Assembly: GCA_963730185.1 (NCBI GenBank) | Contig: CAVSQW010000009.1 | Location: 160,001 to 224,000 of the forward strand | Length of the DNA stretch: 64,000 nucleotides | Direction: 5' to 3' | Source: an uncultured Gemmatimonadales bacterium | GTDB taxonomy: Bacteria; Gemmatimonadota; Gemmatimonadetes; Gemmatimonadales; GWC2-71-9 | Shown here: piece after piece, positions 20,287 to 29,052 of the stretch | Layout of the letters: the number at the start of each line of letters is the position of its first letter | Position numbering within the stretch: the first letter of the stretch is position 1 | The notes under the pieces: model-generated | What the model saw: the letters and a program-made list of their open reading frames with translations, nothing else | The model's database searches: none | What the model was told of the DNA's origin: nothing | Program-made: the position numbers and the translations under genes

Positions 20287-22263
20287 TCAGGGTAGGGCAA
20301 AGGCCACGAGATTGTCGCCCAGCCGGGTGCCGGCGGTGCTGTGACCGCCGGCCGCGATCACCACGTACTGCTTCCCGTCGGCCAAGTAGGTCATCGGCGT
20401 GGCGATGCCGCCCGCCGGCAGCTTGGCCTGCCAGAGGACCTTGCCGGTCTCGACGTCGAACGCCCGGAGCTGCTCGTCCATGGTCGAGGCGATGAACACG
20501 AGCCCGCCGGCGGTGATCATCGGGCCGCCGATGGTGATCGAGCCCCATTGGTCGCTCCCCGGGATGGAATCCAGGCCTTTCATCGTTCCGAGCGGTACCT
20601 CCCACGCCACGGCGCCGGTCGAGACGTTGATCGCCGTCAGCAGGCCCCACGGTGGCTTGACACAGGGAAGCCCGTTGGGCGCCACGAACGCGCCTCGCTC
20701 CATCGTATACGGAGTCCCGCGTTGATTGCCCTGGTCCGGGCTCACCCGTCGGGAGAGCGTGATCCACATCGGGAGCCGCATGTGGTTCACGACCAGAAGG
20801 CCGTGGGTCCGATCGAACGCGACCCCACCCCAGTTGATCCCCCCTGCAAAGCTCGGTAGCTCCGCGATCCCTTCGAGGCTCGGCGGTCCGAAGAACGCGC
20901 CCGAGGAGAGGCCGGCGAACTGCTTTCGACACGCGGCCAGGTCGGCCGGCGTCGCCCCCCAGAGATCCTTGGGGTCGAGTCCCAAGGGGTCGAGCGGCTT
21001 GGGGAGGGTGGGAAACGGTTGAGTCGCCGAAGCCTGCTCGCCCGGGACGGTGCTCGCCGGCACCGGTCGCTCTTCGACCGGAAAGATCGGCTTGCCGGTC
21101 TCGCGGTCCAGGAAGTAGAGGAAGCCCATCTTGGTCGCCACCACGACCGCCGCCAGGTCGGCCCCGTCGCGGTGGATCGTGACCAGCGAGGGCTGGGCCG
21201 GGATGTCGTAATCCCAGAGGTCGTGGTGCACCACTTGGAAATGCCAGACCACCTCCCCGGTCGTGGCCCGCAGCGCCACGAGCGAATTGGCGAAGGCGTT
21301 CGTCCCGGGCCGCTCGCCGCCGTAGAAATCCGGCGCCGCCGATCCCGTCGGCACGAACACCAGGCCGCGCTCGGCGTCCACGCTCAGCGGCGGCCAGGCG
21401 TTGGCGCCGCCGGTACGCCGGGCGGCCTCCGGGGTCCAGTCCTTCCAGGTCGGATCCCTGGGCGAGCGGGGAATCGGATCCCAGCCCCAGAGCTTTCGGC
21501 CGGTCCGGACGTCGTAGGCCCGGACCACGCCGTGCTCCATGTCTACCCGCCGGTTGTCGCCCATCGACGAGCCCACGACCACGACGTCGCCGATGATGGC
21601 CGGCGGCGAGGTGACGCCGTACTGGCCGACCTGGACCGGGCCGACGTCCTGATCCAACCGGACGGTTCCCGAGTCGCCGAAGTCCCGGCACGGCCGACCG
21701 GTGGTGGCGTCGAGGGCCAACAGGCGGGCATCGACGGTTCCGAACAGGATCCGCCGCCCGCATTCGCCGCCGGGGCGGTCGTGGTCGGCCCAATAGGCAA
21801 CGCCCCGCGACATCAGGCCCTCGTTCCGCTCGAGCATCGGATCGATCTTGGGGTCGTGCCGCCAGAGCGTCCGGCCGGACTCGGGGTCGAGCGCCAGCAC
21901 CCGGTTGAACGGGGTACTGAGGTACAGGCGACCATCGGCGATGATGGAGGTTGCCTCGAACTTGTACTGCTCGCGGTGACAGCGGGCGCAGCCCGTGATC
22001 GGGCCACTCATCTCCCCGGTCTGGTGGGCACCGTCGCCGGTATGGATGGCCCAGGCCAGCTTCAGGCCGGCGACGTTGCCGCGATCGATCTGGTCGAGCG
22101 GCGAGAAACGAGTCCCTCCGGGATCGCCGCCATAGCTGCTCCACTCGGCGCCGCTCGGCCGAGTCGCTTGGTCGGCGACCGGTGGTTCGGACCGAGGCCC
22201 GCACCCGCTGGTCGCGGCGAGCAGGGCGAGCCACGTCGGAGCCGGGCGGCGGATGACGATCAT
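20287..22263 (-). CDS. PQQ-dependent dehydrogenase (glucose/quinate/shikimate type, lipoprotein-like signal)
   Basis: YGGDPGGTRFSPLDQI, SRGVAYW, TSPPAI, FQVVHHDLWDYD, GGINWGG, KPPWG, ATPMTY; LAATSGC; GGAG RBS. Confidence 0.93.
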   Translation of the reverse strand: MIVIRRPAPTWLALLAATSGCGPRSEPPVADQATRPSGAEWSSYGGDPGGTRFSPLDQIDRGNVAGLKLAWAIHTGDGAHQTGEMSGPITGCARCHREQYKFEATSIIADGRLYLSTPFNRVLALDPESGRTLWRHDPKIDPMLERNEGLMSRGVAYWADHDRPGGECGRRILFGTVDARLLALDATTGRPCRDFGDSGTVRLDQDVGPVQVGQYGVTSPPAIIGDVVVVGSSMGDNRRVDMEHGVVRAYDVRTGRKLWGWDPIPRSPRDPTWKDWTPEAARRTGGANAWPPLSVDAERGLVFVPTGSAAPDFYGGERPGTNAFANSLVALRATTGEVVWHFQVVHHDLWDYDIPAQPSLVTIHRDGADLAAVVVATKMGFLYFLDRETGKPIFPVEERPVPASTVPGEQASATQPFPTLPKPLDPLGLDPKDLWGATPADLAACRKQFAGLSSGAFFGPPSLEGIAELPSFAGGINWGGVAFDRTHGLLVVNHMRLPMWITLSRRVSPDQGNQRGTPYTMERGAFVAPNGLPCVKPPWGLLTAINVSTGAVAWEVPLGTMKGLDSIPGSDQWGSITIGGPMITAGGLVFIASTMDEQLRAFDVETGKVLWQAKLPAGGIATPMTYLADGKQYVVIAAGGHSTAGTRLGDNLVAFALP

Positions 22264-22804
22264 GAGGAGCTCCCGTCGAATCGATCTGGAAGGTAGGGCG
22301 GGCTTCTGCCGGTAGTCCAGCGCACCGATGTCTTCGTACCACAACGGCCGAGATGGTGTTCAGCGTGGCGAAGAAGTCTGGGCGAGCCAAAAGGATCGCC
22401 TGGCGTCCGAGCTCCACCGGCGTCCCCTGAGCCACCACCACCAGGAGCACCAGGAGGCTCGGTGGGTCGTGAATCCGGAGAAGCCATCGCCCCATGGGGC
22501 GGCTTGGCGAGCTGATCGGAGGGAGGACGGGATGGGGAGGTGGCGAGTGGGCTTCGTCTTGGGCGACCGCGAACGTCGAGCGTCCCACGAGCGAACGAAC
22601 TGGCCATCCGCCCGCGAGCGAGTGGTGCACAGGGCTGGCTGAGCGAAACCGGCGGGACGGCGCCATCGTCGGGATGGAGAAGATCCGGCCTAACGTTCGC
22701 CCGAGGACCCGTCCCGCATTCGGGACGCCGTCCACCGCGCAACCGTCGGCGGGGATCGGGCATCTCATGGAAACGGAGCCGCCACCGCCGATGCCGAGCC
22801 GCCG

Positions 22805-23326
22805 ATGACCGCGTCACGCCTCATGCAATTCGACCGTTTCGAGCTCGACCCGTATCGGCGCTCGCTCACGATTGACGGCGCCCGGGTACCGATGCCGACC
22901 CAGCTGATGTCGGCGCTGATCTACTTGATCCGGCGCCGGGACACCGAGGTCACCCGACGCGAGCTCCGGCGGGCGCTCTACCGGCGGGAGGAGTCCGATA
23001 CCGACGCGGCCCTCGATCGCTGCGTGGCTGAGCTCCGGCGAATCCTTGGCGACGACGATCGGCGGCCCCGCCTGGTCGTGACCAAGCCGCGAATGGGGTA
23101 CCGCTTCGTCGGGGCGCTAGCCGGCGATCTGTCGCAGGACTCATCAGAGCCGAGCCCCAGGTTGTTGACCGTCGGCGCGGCGCCGGTGGCTGCCGCGCCT
23201 GCCGCTCCTCCGGCGTCCCGGCGGGGTGAGCGTCGTCGGTCGGCCCGGGTGCTGCGGAATCTTCCAGTCTGGAACACACTTCCCGGACTGGACCGCCTCC
23301 GGTCCTCCCCGGCGTCGGGGACTTGA
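22805..23326 (+). CDS. Stand-alone OmpR/CadC-type winged-helix DNA-binding protein
   Basis: FDRFELDP...LIYLIRR...VTRREL...LDRCVAELRRILGDDDRRPRLVVTKPRMGYRFVG, then a low-complexity tail. Confidence 0.8.
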   Translation: MTASRLMQFDRFELDPYRRSLTIDGARVPMPTQLMSALIYLIRRRDTEVTRRELRRALYRREESDTDAALDRCVAELRRILGDDDRRPRLVVTKPRMGYRFVGALAGDLSQDSSEPSPRLLTVGAAPVAAAPAAPPASRRGERRRSARVLRNLPVWNTLPGLDRLRSSPASGT

Positions 23327-23361
23327 TCTCGGTCGGGCCCTCCTCGCAGTTCCCCGCCGCT

Positions 23362-23381
23362 GTCTCGACCCCCGTCGAGAC
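23362..23381. other. Perfect hairpin GTCTCGAC-CCCC-GTCGAGAC (terminator or operator)
   Basis: 8-bp arms, 35 nt after the wHTH stop; no U-tract. Confidence 0.35.
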
Positions 23382-23496
23382 CATGAACTCTTCGTCACGC
23401 TGCCTACAACCCGCCTTCAAGCCCGGATCGCTTGGGTACAGGGGGAGAAGGTATGCTGCGGGCGGGGTCGATGATGCATCCGGGCAAGGAGGAGAC

Positions 23497-24165
23497 ATGC
23501 TGACCAGGCGCCGTGAGTTCCTCGAACGCATTGCCCTGGGCGGGCTCGGAGCCGCTGCCCTCGGCGCTCTCGACGTGGCCTCGATCGAGGCCCAAGGTCC
23601 GGCTGCCCGGCTCTGGGACCTGACCTGGGTCAAGCGGCTCAACGGGAAGCATCGGGCGATCTTCGACATCCCGGCCATCGAGGACGGCTACGGCGTCTGG
23701 CGCGCAGTGCTCTGGCGCAAGCAATACGCGGCCGTCTTCGGGCTTCAGGAAGCCCAGATGAACACCGTCCTCAACATCCGGCACGACGGCATCGCCCTGG
23801 TCCTGAATCAGGACTTCTGGCGGGAGTACGACATCGCGTCCCAATGGGCGGTCAAAGATCCTGTTACCCGGCGAGCCACGACGCGCAATCCGATTCTCGA
23901 CCGGACCGGCCCCAACGCCCTCCCTCCCGAATACGAGGACTTCACGCTCGAGAAGGTCATGGCCGGCGGAGCGATCGTGCTGGCCTGCTCGATGGCGCTC
24001 CGCGACTGTGCCGAGGTCGTGTCCCAGCGCGATCGAGTCCCGAAGGCGGAGGCCGACAAGAAGGTCCGGGCTATGATCCATCCCGGCGTCATCCTGCAGC
24101 CGTCGGGTATCTTCTCCGCGGTGCTGGCCCAGGAGAACGGCTGCGCCTACGTCCGGGCCTCCTGA
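23497..24165 (+). CDS. Tat-exported hypothetical protein, DsrE/DsrF-like fold
   Basis: TRRREFL signal; WDLTWVKRLNGKHRAIFD; GAIVLACSMAL; PGVILQPSGIFSAVLAQENGCAY; AGGAGG RBS. Confidence 0.75.
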   Translation: MLTRRREFLERIALGGLGAAALGALDVASIEAQGPAARLWDLTWVKRLNGKHRAIFDIPAIEDGYGVWRAVLWRKQYAAVFGLQEAQMNTVLNIRHDGIALVLNQDFWREYDIASQWAVKDPVTRRATTRNPILDRTGPNALPPEYEDFTLEKVMAGGAIVLACSMALRDCAEVVSQRDRVPKAEADKKVRAMIHPGVILQPSGIFSAVLAQENGCAYVRAS

Positions 24166-24182
24166 CCGGGGCCCGAGCGTCG

Positions 24183-25493
24183 CTACCCGATCGCCCGGCG
24201 GTGGGTCTCGGGGGCGAGCCAGGTGGCGACGACGGTAATCAGCGACATCGCCCCCATGTAGGCGGCGACGGAACCGGTTCCGTGGCGGGCGAGCAGCCAG
24301 GTCGCGATCAGGGGTGACAGTCCGCCCGAGATCACCGAGGCGAGCTGATAGATCAGCGAGGCCCCGCTGTAGCGGACGTGGGCTCCGAACAACTCGGCAA
24401 AATAGGCGGCCTGAGGGCCGTACATCATGTCGTGCCCGAAGTTGAGACCGAGCATGATGGCCAGGACGACCGGAAGGCCAGGGCCGAGTCCGATCAGCCA
24501 GAAGAACGGCAAGGCGTAGAGCATCGAAAAGACGGCCCCGGCGAGATAGACGGGCCGCCGGCCGAAGCGATCGGAGAGGTGCCCCCAGAGCGGGGTCGTA
24601 AAGAGCCCCGTGAAGGCCGCCACCGCCACCCCCGCCAGCATCGTGTTCTTGGTGTAGCCCAAAGTTTGTTGCCCGTAGCTCAACACGAACACGGTGAAGA
24701 AGTAGAACAGCGCGTTCTGGGCCAGTCGCATGCCCATGCCGACCAGGACCTCTCGCGGGTGCTCGCGGAAGACCTGGACCAGGGGGATTTTGACCTCGCG
24801 TTTGGCGGCCTTCACCTTCTCGAAGGCCGGCGTCTCCATGATCCGAAGCCGGACGAAGAGGCCGATCGCGATCAGGATCGTGCTGAGGAGAAACGGAACC
24901 CGCCAACCCCAGGCCAGGAACTGCGACTCGGACAGAGTGTTCGAGAAGACGAAGAAGACGCCGGTGGAGAGGAGGCTCCCGGCGGGAACCCCCATCTGGG
25001 GCCAGCTGCCGTGAAACCCGCGCCGCTCGCCGCCGGAGTGCTCGACCGCCATCAGCACCGCTCCGCCCCATTCGCCGCCCACGCCGATCCCCTGGGCAAA
25101 GCGAAGGATCGTGAGCAGCACCGGCGCCCACACCCCGATCGTGGCGTACGACGGAATGACGCCGATCAGCGCCGTCGCGATGCCCATCAACAACAGTGAC
25201 CAGACCAGCATCGATTTCCGGCCGATCCGATCGCCGTAGTGGCCGAAGATGATGCCGCCCAGCGGTCGCGCGAGGAAGCCGATCGCAAAGGTTCCGTAGG
25301 CGCTGAGCGTGCCGATCAGGGGATCGACGTTGGGAAAGAAGAGCTTGTTGAAGACGAGAGCGGCGAAGGTGCCGTAGAGGAAGAAGTCGTACCACTCGAC
25401 CGTAGTCCCGATGAAGCTGGCCAACACGACCTGTCGGATCGAGCTCCGAGGCCTGAGCGGCCCGCCTGACGCGCCGCGCTCGGTTGCGACCAT
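24183..25493 (-). CDS. MHS-family MFS transporter (ShiA/YhjE-like)
   Basis: GTTVEWYDFFLYG, FGHYGDRIGRK, GGEWGGAVLMAVEH, WGWRVPFL, ELFGAHVRYSG. Confidence 0.93.
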   Translation of the reverse strand: MVATERGASGGPLRPRSSIRQVVLASFIGTTVEWYDFFLYGTFAALVFNKLFFPNVDPLIGTLSAYGTFAIGFLARPLGGIIFGHYGDRIGRKSMLVWSLLLMGIATALIGVIPSYATIGVWAPVLLTILRFAQGIGVGGEWGGAVLMAVEHSGGERRGFHGSWPQMGVPAGSLLSTGVFFVFSNTLSESQFLAWGWRVPFLLSTILIAIGLFVRLRIMETPAFEKVKAAKREVKIPLVQVFREHPREVLVGMGMRLAQNALFYFFTVFVLSYGQQTLGYTKNTMLAGVAVAAFTGLFTTPLWGHLSDRFGRRPVYLAGAVFSMLYALPFFWLIGLGPGLPVVLAIMLGLNFGHDMMYGPQAAYFAELFGAHVRYSGASLIYQLASVISGGLSPLIATWLLARHGTGSVAAYMGAMSLITVVATWLAPETHRRAIG

Positions 25494-25568
25494 CGTATGT
25501 CCTGAAGGAGAAGGGGGGATGATGCAGCCGGATGGCGGACCGGGCAAGGTGTCCGGACGACGGGCTCG

Positions 25569-25868
25569 TCAGTCGGCCGGGCGAAGAGCGACCTCCAACG
25601 CTCCTTCGTGACAGAGGCCGCGGACCCGAGCCTCGTCGTAGCGGCGCTGTCCTTGGACGGTCAAGCAGGGATCGCGAAGACACACCCCGCAGTCGAGCGT
25701 GGTACCCAGCCGCTCCTCGCGCGACCTCCGGTCGAGGACCCAGGGCCGAACCTGCCAGGGCGGATCGTGCCGAACATGCTGGATGTGGCCGCACTCGAGG
25801 TCGGCCACCCACTGCGGCTCCTGGTCGCGGTGGAACCCGACGATTCGTCGAGGAATGCCGGCGCGCAT
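25569..25868 (-). CDS. DUF3565-like protein with C-terminal extension
   Basis: IVGFHRD..QWVADLECGHIQHVRHDPPWQVRPWV...LGTTLDCGVC. Confidence 0.75.
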   Translation of the reverse strand: MRAGIPRRIVGFHRDQEPQWVADLECGHIQHVRHDPPWQVRPWVLDRRSREERLGTTLDCGVCLRDPCLTVQGQRRYDEARVRGLCHEGALEVALRPAD

Positions 25869-25878
25869 TCGACGCTGC

Positions 25879-26724
25879 CTAACGCTCGCCCGTTGTCGCC
25901 GTCGTCCCGAGCGGCCGGCGGTCGGGTTGCAGCTCGATCAGATGGACCTCGGGCGGGGCGTTGATCCGGACCGGCAGCGTGGTGCAGCCGACCCCGCGGG
26001 AGACCAACAGAGCCCGGCCGGGCCCCAACTCGTAGTAGCCGCCGGGATACACCCGGCTCAGGCCGCCCTGGGGGAGCACCGGACGCCAGCCCCCGGGCAG
26101 CACGATCTGACCGCCGTGGGTGTGCCCGGCCATCGCTAACCGAAAGGGCGCGTTGCCCAGGTCGAGCAACCCGCTCGGCTGGTGCATCAGCACCAGTCGA
26201 ATCGGGCGGGCGTCGCGAAACGCGGTTGGCGCGTCGGGATGGCCCGACAGGTGGTCGTCGAGGCCGACCACCGAGACCTGGTCGAAGGGCGGCGGCAGAT
26301 GGACCGCCCGGTTGGTGAGCATGGTGATGCCGGCGCTCGCCAGAATGGCCTCCACCCGCGCCCCCCCCGCCCAGTGATCGTGGTTGCCGAGCACGCCGAA
26401 TCGGCCCAGCGGTGCCGGGACCGTGTCGAGCAGCTCCGCCAACGCCTCGGCGTAACGGGCCTCGAGGCTCACGAAGTCGCCGCCGAGGAGCAGCAGGTCG
26501 GGTGCGAGCTCGCGGAGCTTCGCGGCGGTATCGTGGAGGACCGCCGTGGCCGTGGTCGGGCCGGCGTGGAAGTCCGAGGCGAAGGCGACCCGGAGTGGCC
26601 GGTCTCCTCCCAACGCCGCGGCCATCCGGTGACGGGTTACCCGCACGGTGTGGAAGAGCCCGAGGGCCTCGACGATCCGAGCCGGCCACGGATTGGGCGT
26701 AATGGTCCGGTGGAGGCGCTCCAT
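25879..26724 (-). CDS. Metallophosphoesterase (YkuE/YaeI-like)
   Basis: SDFH, GGDF, LGNHD, GHTHGGQ, VSRGVG motifs. Confidence 0.92.
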   Translation of the reverse strand: MERLHRTITPNPWPARIVEALGLFHTVRVTRHRMAAALGGDRPLRVAFASDFHAGPTTATAVLHDTAAKLRELAPDLLLLGGDFVSLEARYAEALAELLDTVPAPLGRFGVLGNHDHWAGGARVEAILASAGITMLTNRAVHLPPPFDQVSVVGLDDHLSGHPDAPTAFRDARPIRLVLMHQPSGLLDLGNAPFRLAMAGHTHGGQIVLPGGWRPVLPQGGLSRVYPGGYYELGPGRALLVSRGVGCTTLPVRINAPPEVHLIELQPDRRPLGTTATTGER

Positions 26725-26791
26725 CGCCTTGCGCCACGAGGACAGGTTGCGAATGTGACGGTCGGTCAGAGCGCTCCCTCGCGTCGCCGGA

Positions 26792-27523
26792 CTAGAGATC
26801 GAGCACCGTATCGAGCCCGCGCTGGAGCCCGATCAGGCCGGACACCTTGCGGATCGCCAGCAACGCCCCGCCCACGTAGGGCTCGGCGCTCTCCCCGGAG
26901 TCGTGGCGGAGACTGAGACGCTGCCCCGGCAGCCCGAAGATCACTTCGGTGCTGAGCACGAATCCGGGCACCCGAAGCGAGTGGACCCGAGCCGGGTCGC
27001 TCCCCAACCGATGAGCCAACTCCCGAGCCGTGCCGCTCGGTGCATCTTTCTTGCCAAGCTTGGCGTAGTCGACGACTTCCCAGTGGGGGAGGTGACGCGC
27101 GGCCATCTCGGCGAACCGCTGCATCAGCACCACCGTCAACGCGAAGTTGCCGCACGCCAGGACGCCGCGGCCGGCGCCGCGCGCCGCCGCTTCGATTTCG
27201 CCGTAGTCGTCCTCCGAGAGACCGGAGGTCCCGACCACCACGTGACTCCCCCGCGCGAGCGCGCTCAGGACATTGCGCTTGGCCACCTCGGGCGTGGTGT
27301 ACTCGACGAACACGTCGCAGGGCGCCGCCAGGGCCTCGGCCACGGTGGCGTGGACCCTCGCGGTCGACAGTCCGGGTTCACCCAGCGCCTCCCCCAGCGT
27401 CTGGCCGGCGTGCCGCCGTCCGACCGCGCTCGTCAGGTGCAGGTCCGGTTGGGCGGCCAGGCCACGGGCCAGGGCGGAGCCCGCCCACCCGGTCGCGCCG
27501 GCCAGACAGACGCTCAGACTCAC
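26792..27523 (-). CDS. dapB: 4-hydroxy-tetrahydrodipicolinate reductase-like protein
   Basis: LAGATGWAG, VVVGTSG, CGNFAL, KKDAPSGTA, LRHDS..PYVGGALLA; GTGA overlap with the upstream SDR. Confidence 0.8.
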   Translation of the reverse strand: MSLSVCLAGATGWAGSALARGLAAQPDLHLTSAVGRRHAGQTLGEALGEPGLSTARVHATVAEALAAPCDVFVEYTTPEVAKRNVLSALARGSHVVVGTSGLSEDDYGEIEAAARGAGRGVLACGNFALTVVLMQRFAEMAARHLPHWEVVDYAKLGKKDAPSGTARELAHRLGSDPARVHSLRVPGFVLSTEVIFGLPGQRLSLRHDSGESAEPYVGGALLAIRKVSGLIGLQRGLDTVLDL

Positions 27524-28276
27524 GGGTCGACTCCCAGTCCGCCGAGATACTCGAGCACCCGCTCGCGGGCACCGGCCCGGGTATAGACGTCCGGCCGGGG
27601 TGAGTCGATCACCGCCGCGATCACCGCCGCTACCTCCTCCGCGCTCTGCGAAGTAGGGGAGCGACCGGGAGTCGGGCCCACCGTGCAGGGCATTGGTACC
27701 GAATTCGGTTCGGACCACGCCCGGCGATACCAGCGAGACCTGAATACCGGGCCAGTCCTTGGCCAGCTCGGCCCGAAAGTTGGCGGTGAGCGCATTGAGG
27801 AAATGCTTGGCCCCGTTGTAGGCCGATCGAAACACGGCCAGCGGCATCCGGCCGAGCATCGACGAGACGTTGATCAGGTGCCCGGCGCCGCGCTCCTTGA
27901 AGTGCGGCAGAATCTCCTGGGTGCCGTAGAGCGCCGACTTGACGTTGACTCGGACCATCTCGTCGATGTCGCCGTCGGTCAGCTCCGATGGCAGTCGGGT
28001 GATGCCCTGCCCAACGTTGTTCACCCACACGTCGACTCGACCGAACCGGTCCAGGGATTCCCGAACCACCCGCCGGACGTCGTCCCGGCGGGTCACGTCG
28101 GCCACGATCGGGTGGGCGTTCGGCCCCGCCCGCTCGGCCACCGTTCGCAGGACCCCGTCGCGCCGGGCCACCAGCGCGACGGCGTCGCCCCGATCGACCA
28201 ACAGCGCGCCGAGCGCGGCTCCAATCCCGGCGCTCGCGCCGGTCACCACCACCACCCGCTGCTCTCGCGAAGCCAT
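27520..28276 (-). CDS. SDR oxidoreductase (one extra base near 27651)
   Basis: TGASAGIG, NVSS, YNGAK; true C-terminus SQSAEEVAAVIAAVI...LGVDP* is in the frame of ORF 27520..27795. Confidence 0.88.
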
Positions 28277-28395
28277 GCCCCAAACCTAACCAACGGGCCT
28301 CTCGGTGATCTCGGTCCGGCGCGGCCTTGCGCGGCCGGGTCGGAGGGAGCAGGGGTGGGTTCGGCAAGCTCGGAAGCATGGTCACCCTTGCGGAA

Positions 28396-28433
28396 TGATT
28401 CATACGTTTGTACTAATACAAACGTATGAATCA
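28396..28433. promoter_or_regulatory. Perfect 17-bp-arm inverted repeat, TetR operator overlapping the start codon
   Basis: TGATTCATACGTTTGTA-CTAA-TACAAACGTATGAATCA; TTGCGG just upstream (28388-28393). Confidence 0.85.
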
Positions 28434-29052
28434 ACCGAATGTGGCTCCAGATACTCGCGACGCCCTGGTGCAGGCAGGACGCAAGCTCTTTTCAGACAAG
28501 GGCTTCGACGGGTCGTCCGTCCGTGACATCACGGCGGCCGCCGGCGCCAATCTGGGCGCCATCACCTATCATTTCGGCAGCAAGGAAGGACTCTACGAGG
28601 CGGTCGTGAGCTCGACGATTGCGCCCCTTGCCGAGCGCCTCCTGGCGACGGTCGGCGGCCCGGGCGACCCGCTCGACCGGGTGGAGGGCGTGGTTCGCGA
28701 GTACTTCGCCTACCTGATGGACCACCCGGAGATGCCCCGCCTCTTCATTCGGAGCCTGCTGGCGAGCGGGATGCCGCCGGCTCCTGCTCAGGAGCATCTC
28801 AAGCGAGTGCTCGCCGCCCTGATCGGTCTGATTCGTGAGGGGCAGGCGACGGGGCGGGTCCGGCCGGGGCCTCCCGCCCTGATGGCACTCGGCCTGATGT
28901 CGCACTCGCTCCATCTCACCATCATGCGCCCGGCGCTGGCCCGCATGGCCGGCTTCGACCTCGACGATCCAACCCAACGAGGGATCGCGCTCGATCACAT
29001 CGTGCGCACGGTGCGGGGCGGCTTGGCCCTGCGCCAGGAAGGACCGGCATGA
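28426..29052 (+). CDS. TetR-family regulator (CecR/YbiH-like context)
   Basis: AGRKLFSDKGFDGSSVRDITAAAGANLGAITYHFGSKEGLY. Confidence 0.93.
   Translation: MNQPNVAPDTRDALVQAGRKLFSDKGFDGSSVRDITAAAGANLGAITYHFGSKEGLYEAVVSSTIAPLAERLLATVGGPGDPLDRVEGVVREYFAYLMDHPEMPRLFIRSLLASGMPPAPAQEHLKRVLAALIGLIREGQATGRVRPGPPALMALGLMSHSLHLTIMRPALARMAGFDLDDPTQRGIALDHIVRTVRGGLALRQEGPA

Noticed and set aside
18989..20423. Diversity-generating retroelement TR/VR pair
   Set aside because: Mismatches are mostly synonymous and not adenine-specific; no reverse transcriptase in the window.
19631..22768. Very long alternate-frame or antisense ORFs (this 1045-aa one; also 28995..31370, 23404..25812, 5836..7977)
   Set aside because: Arg/Pro/Gly-rich shadow ORFs expected at high GC; they overlap well-supported genes.
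26792..28276. Apparent 494-aa SDR-DapB fusion in the ORF track
   Set aside because: An extra base near 27651 shifts the SDR into the dapB frame; the real SDR tail ends at 27520 with a GTGA overlap onto the dapB start.
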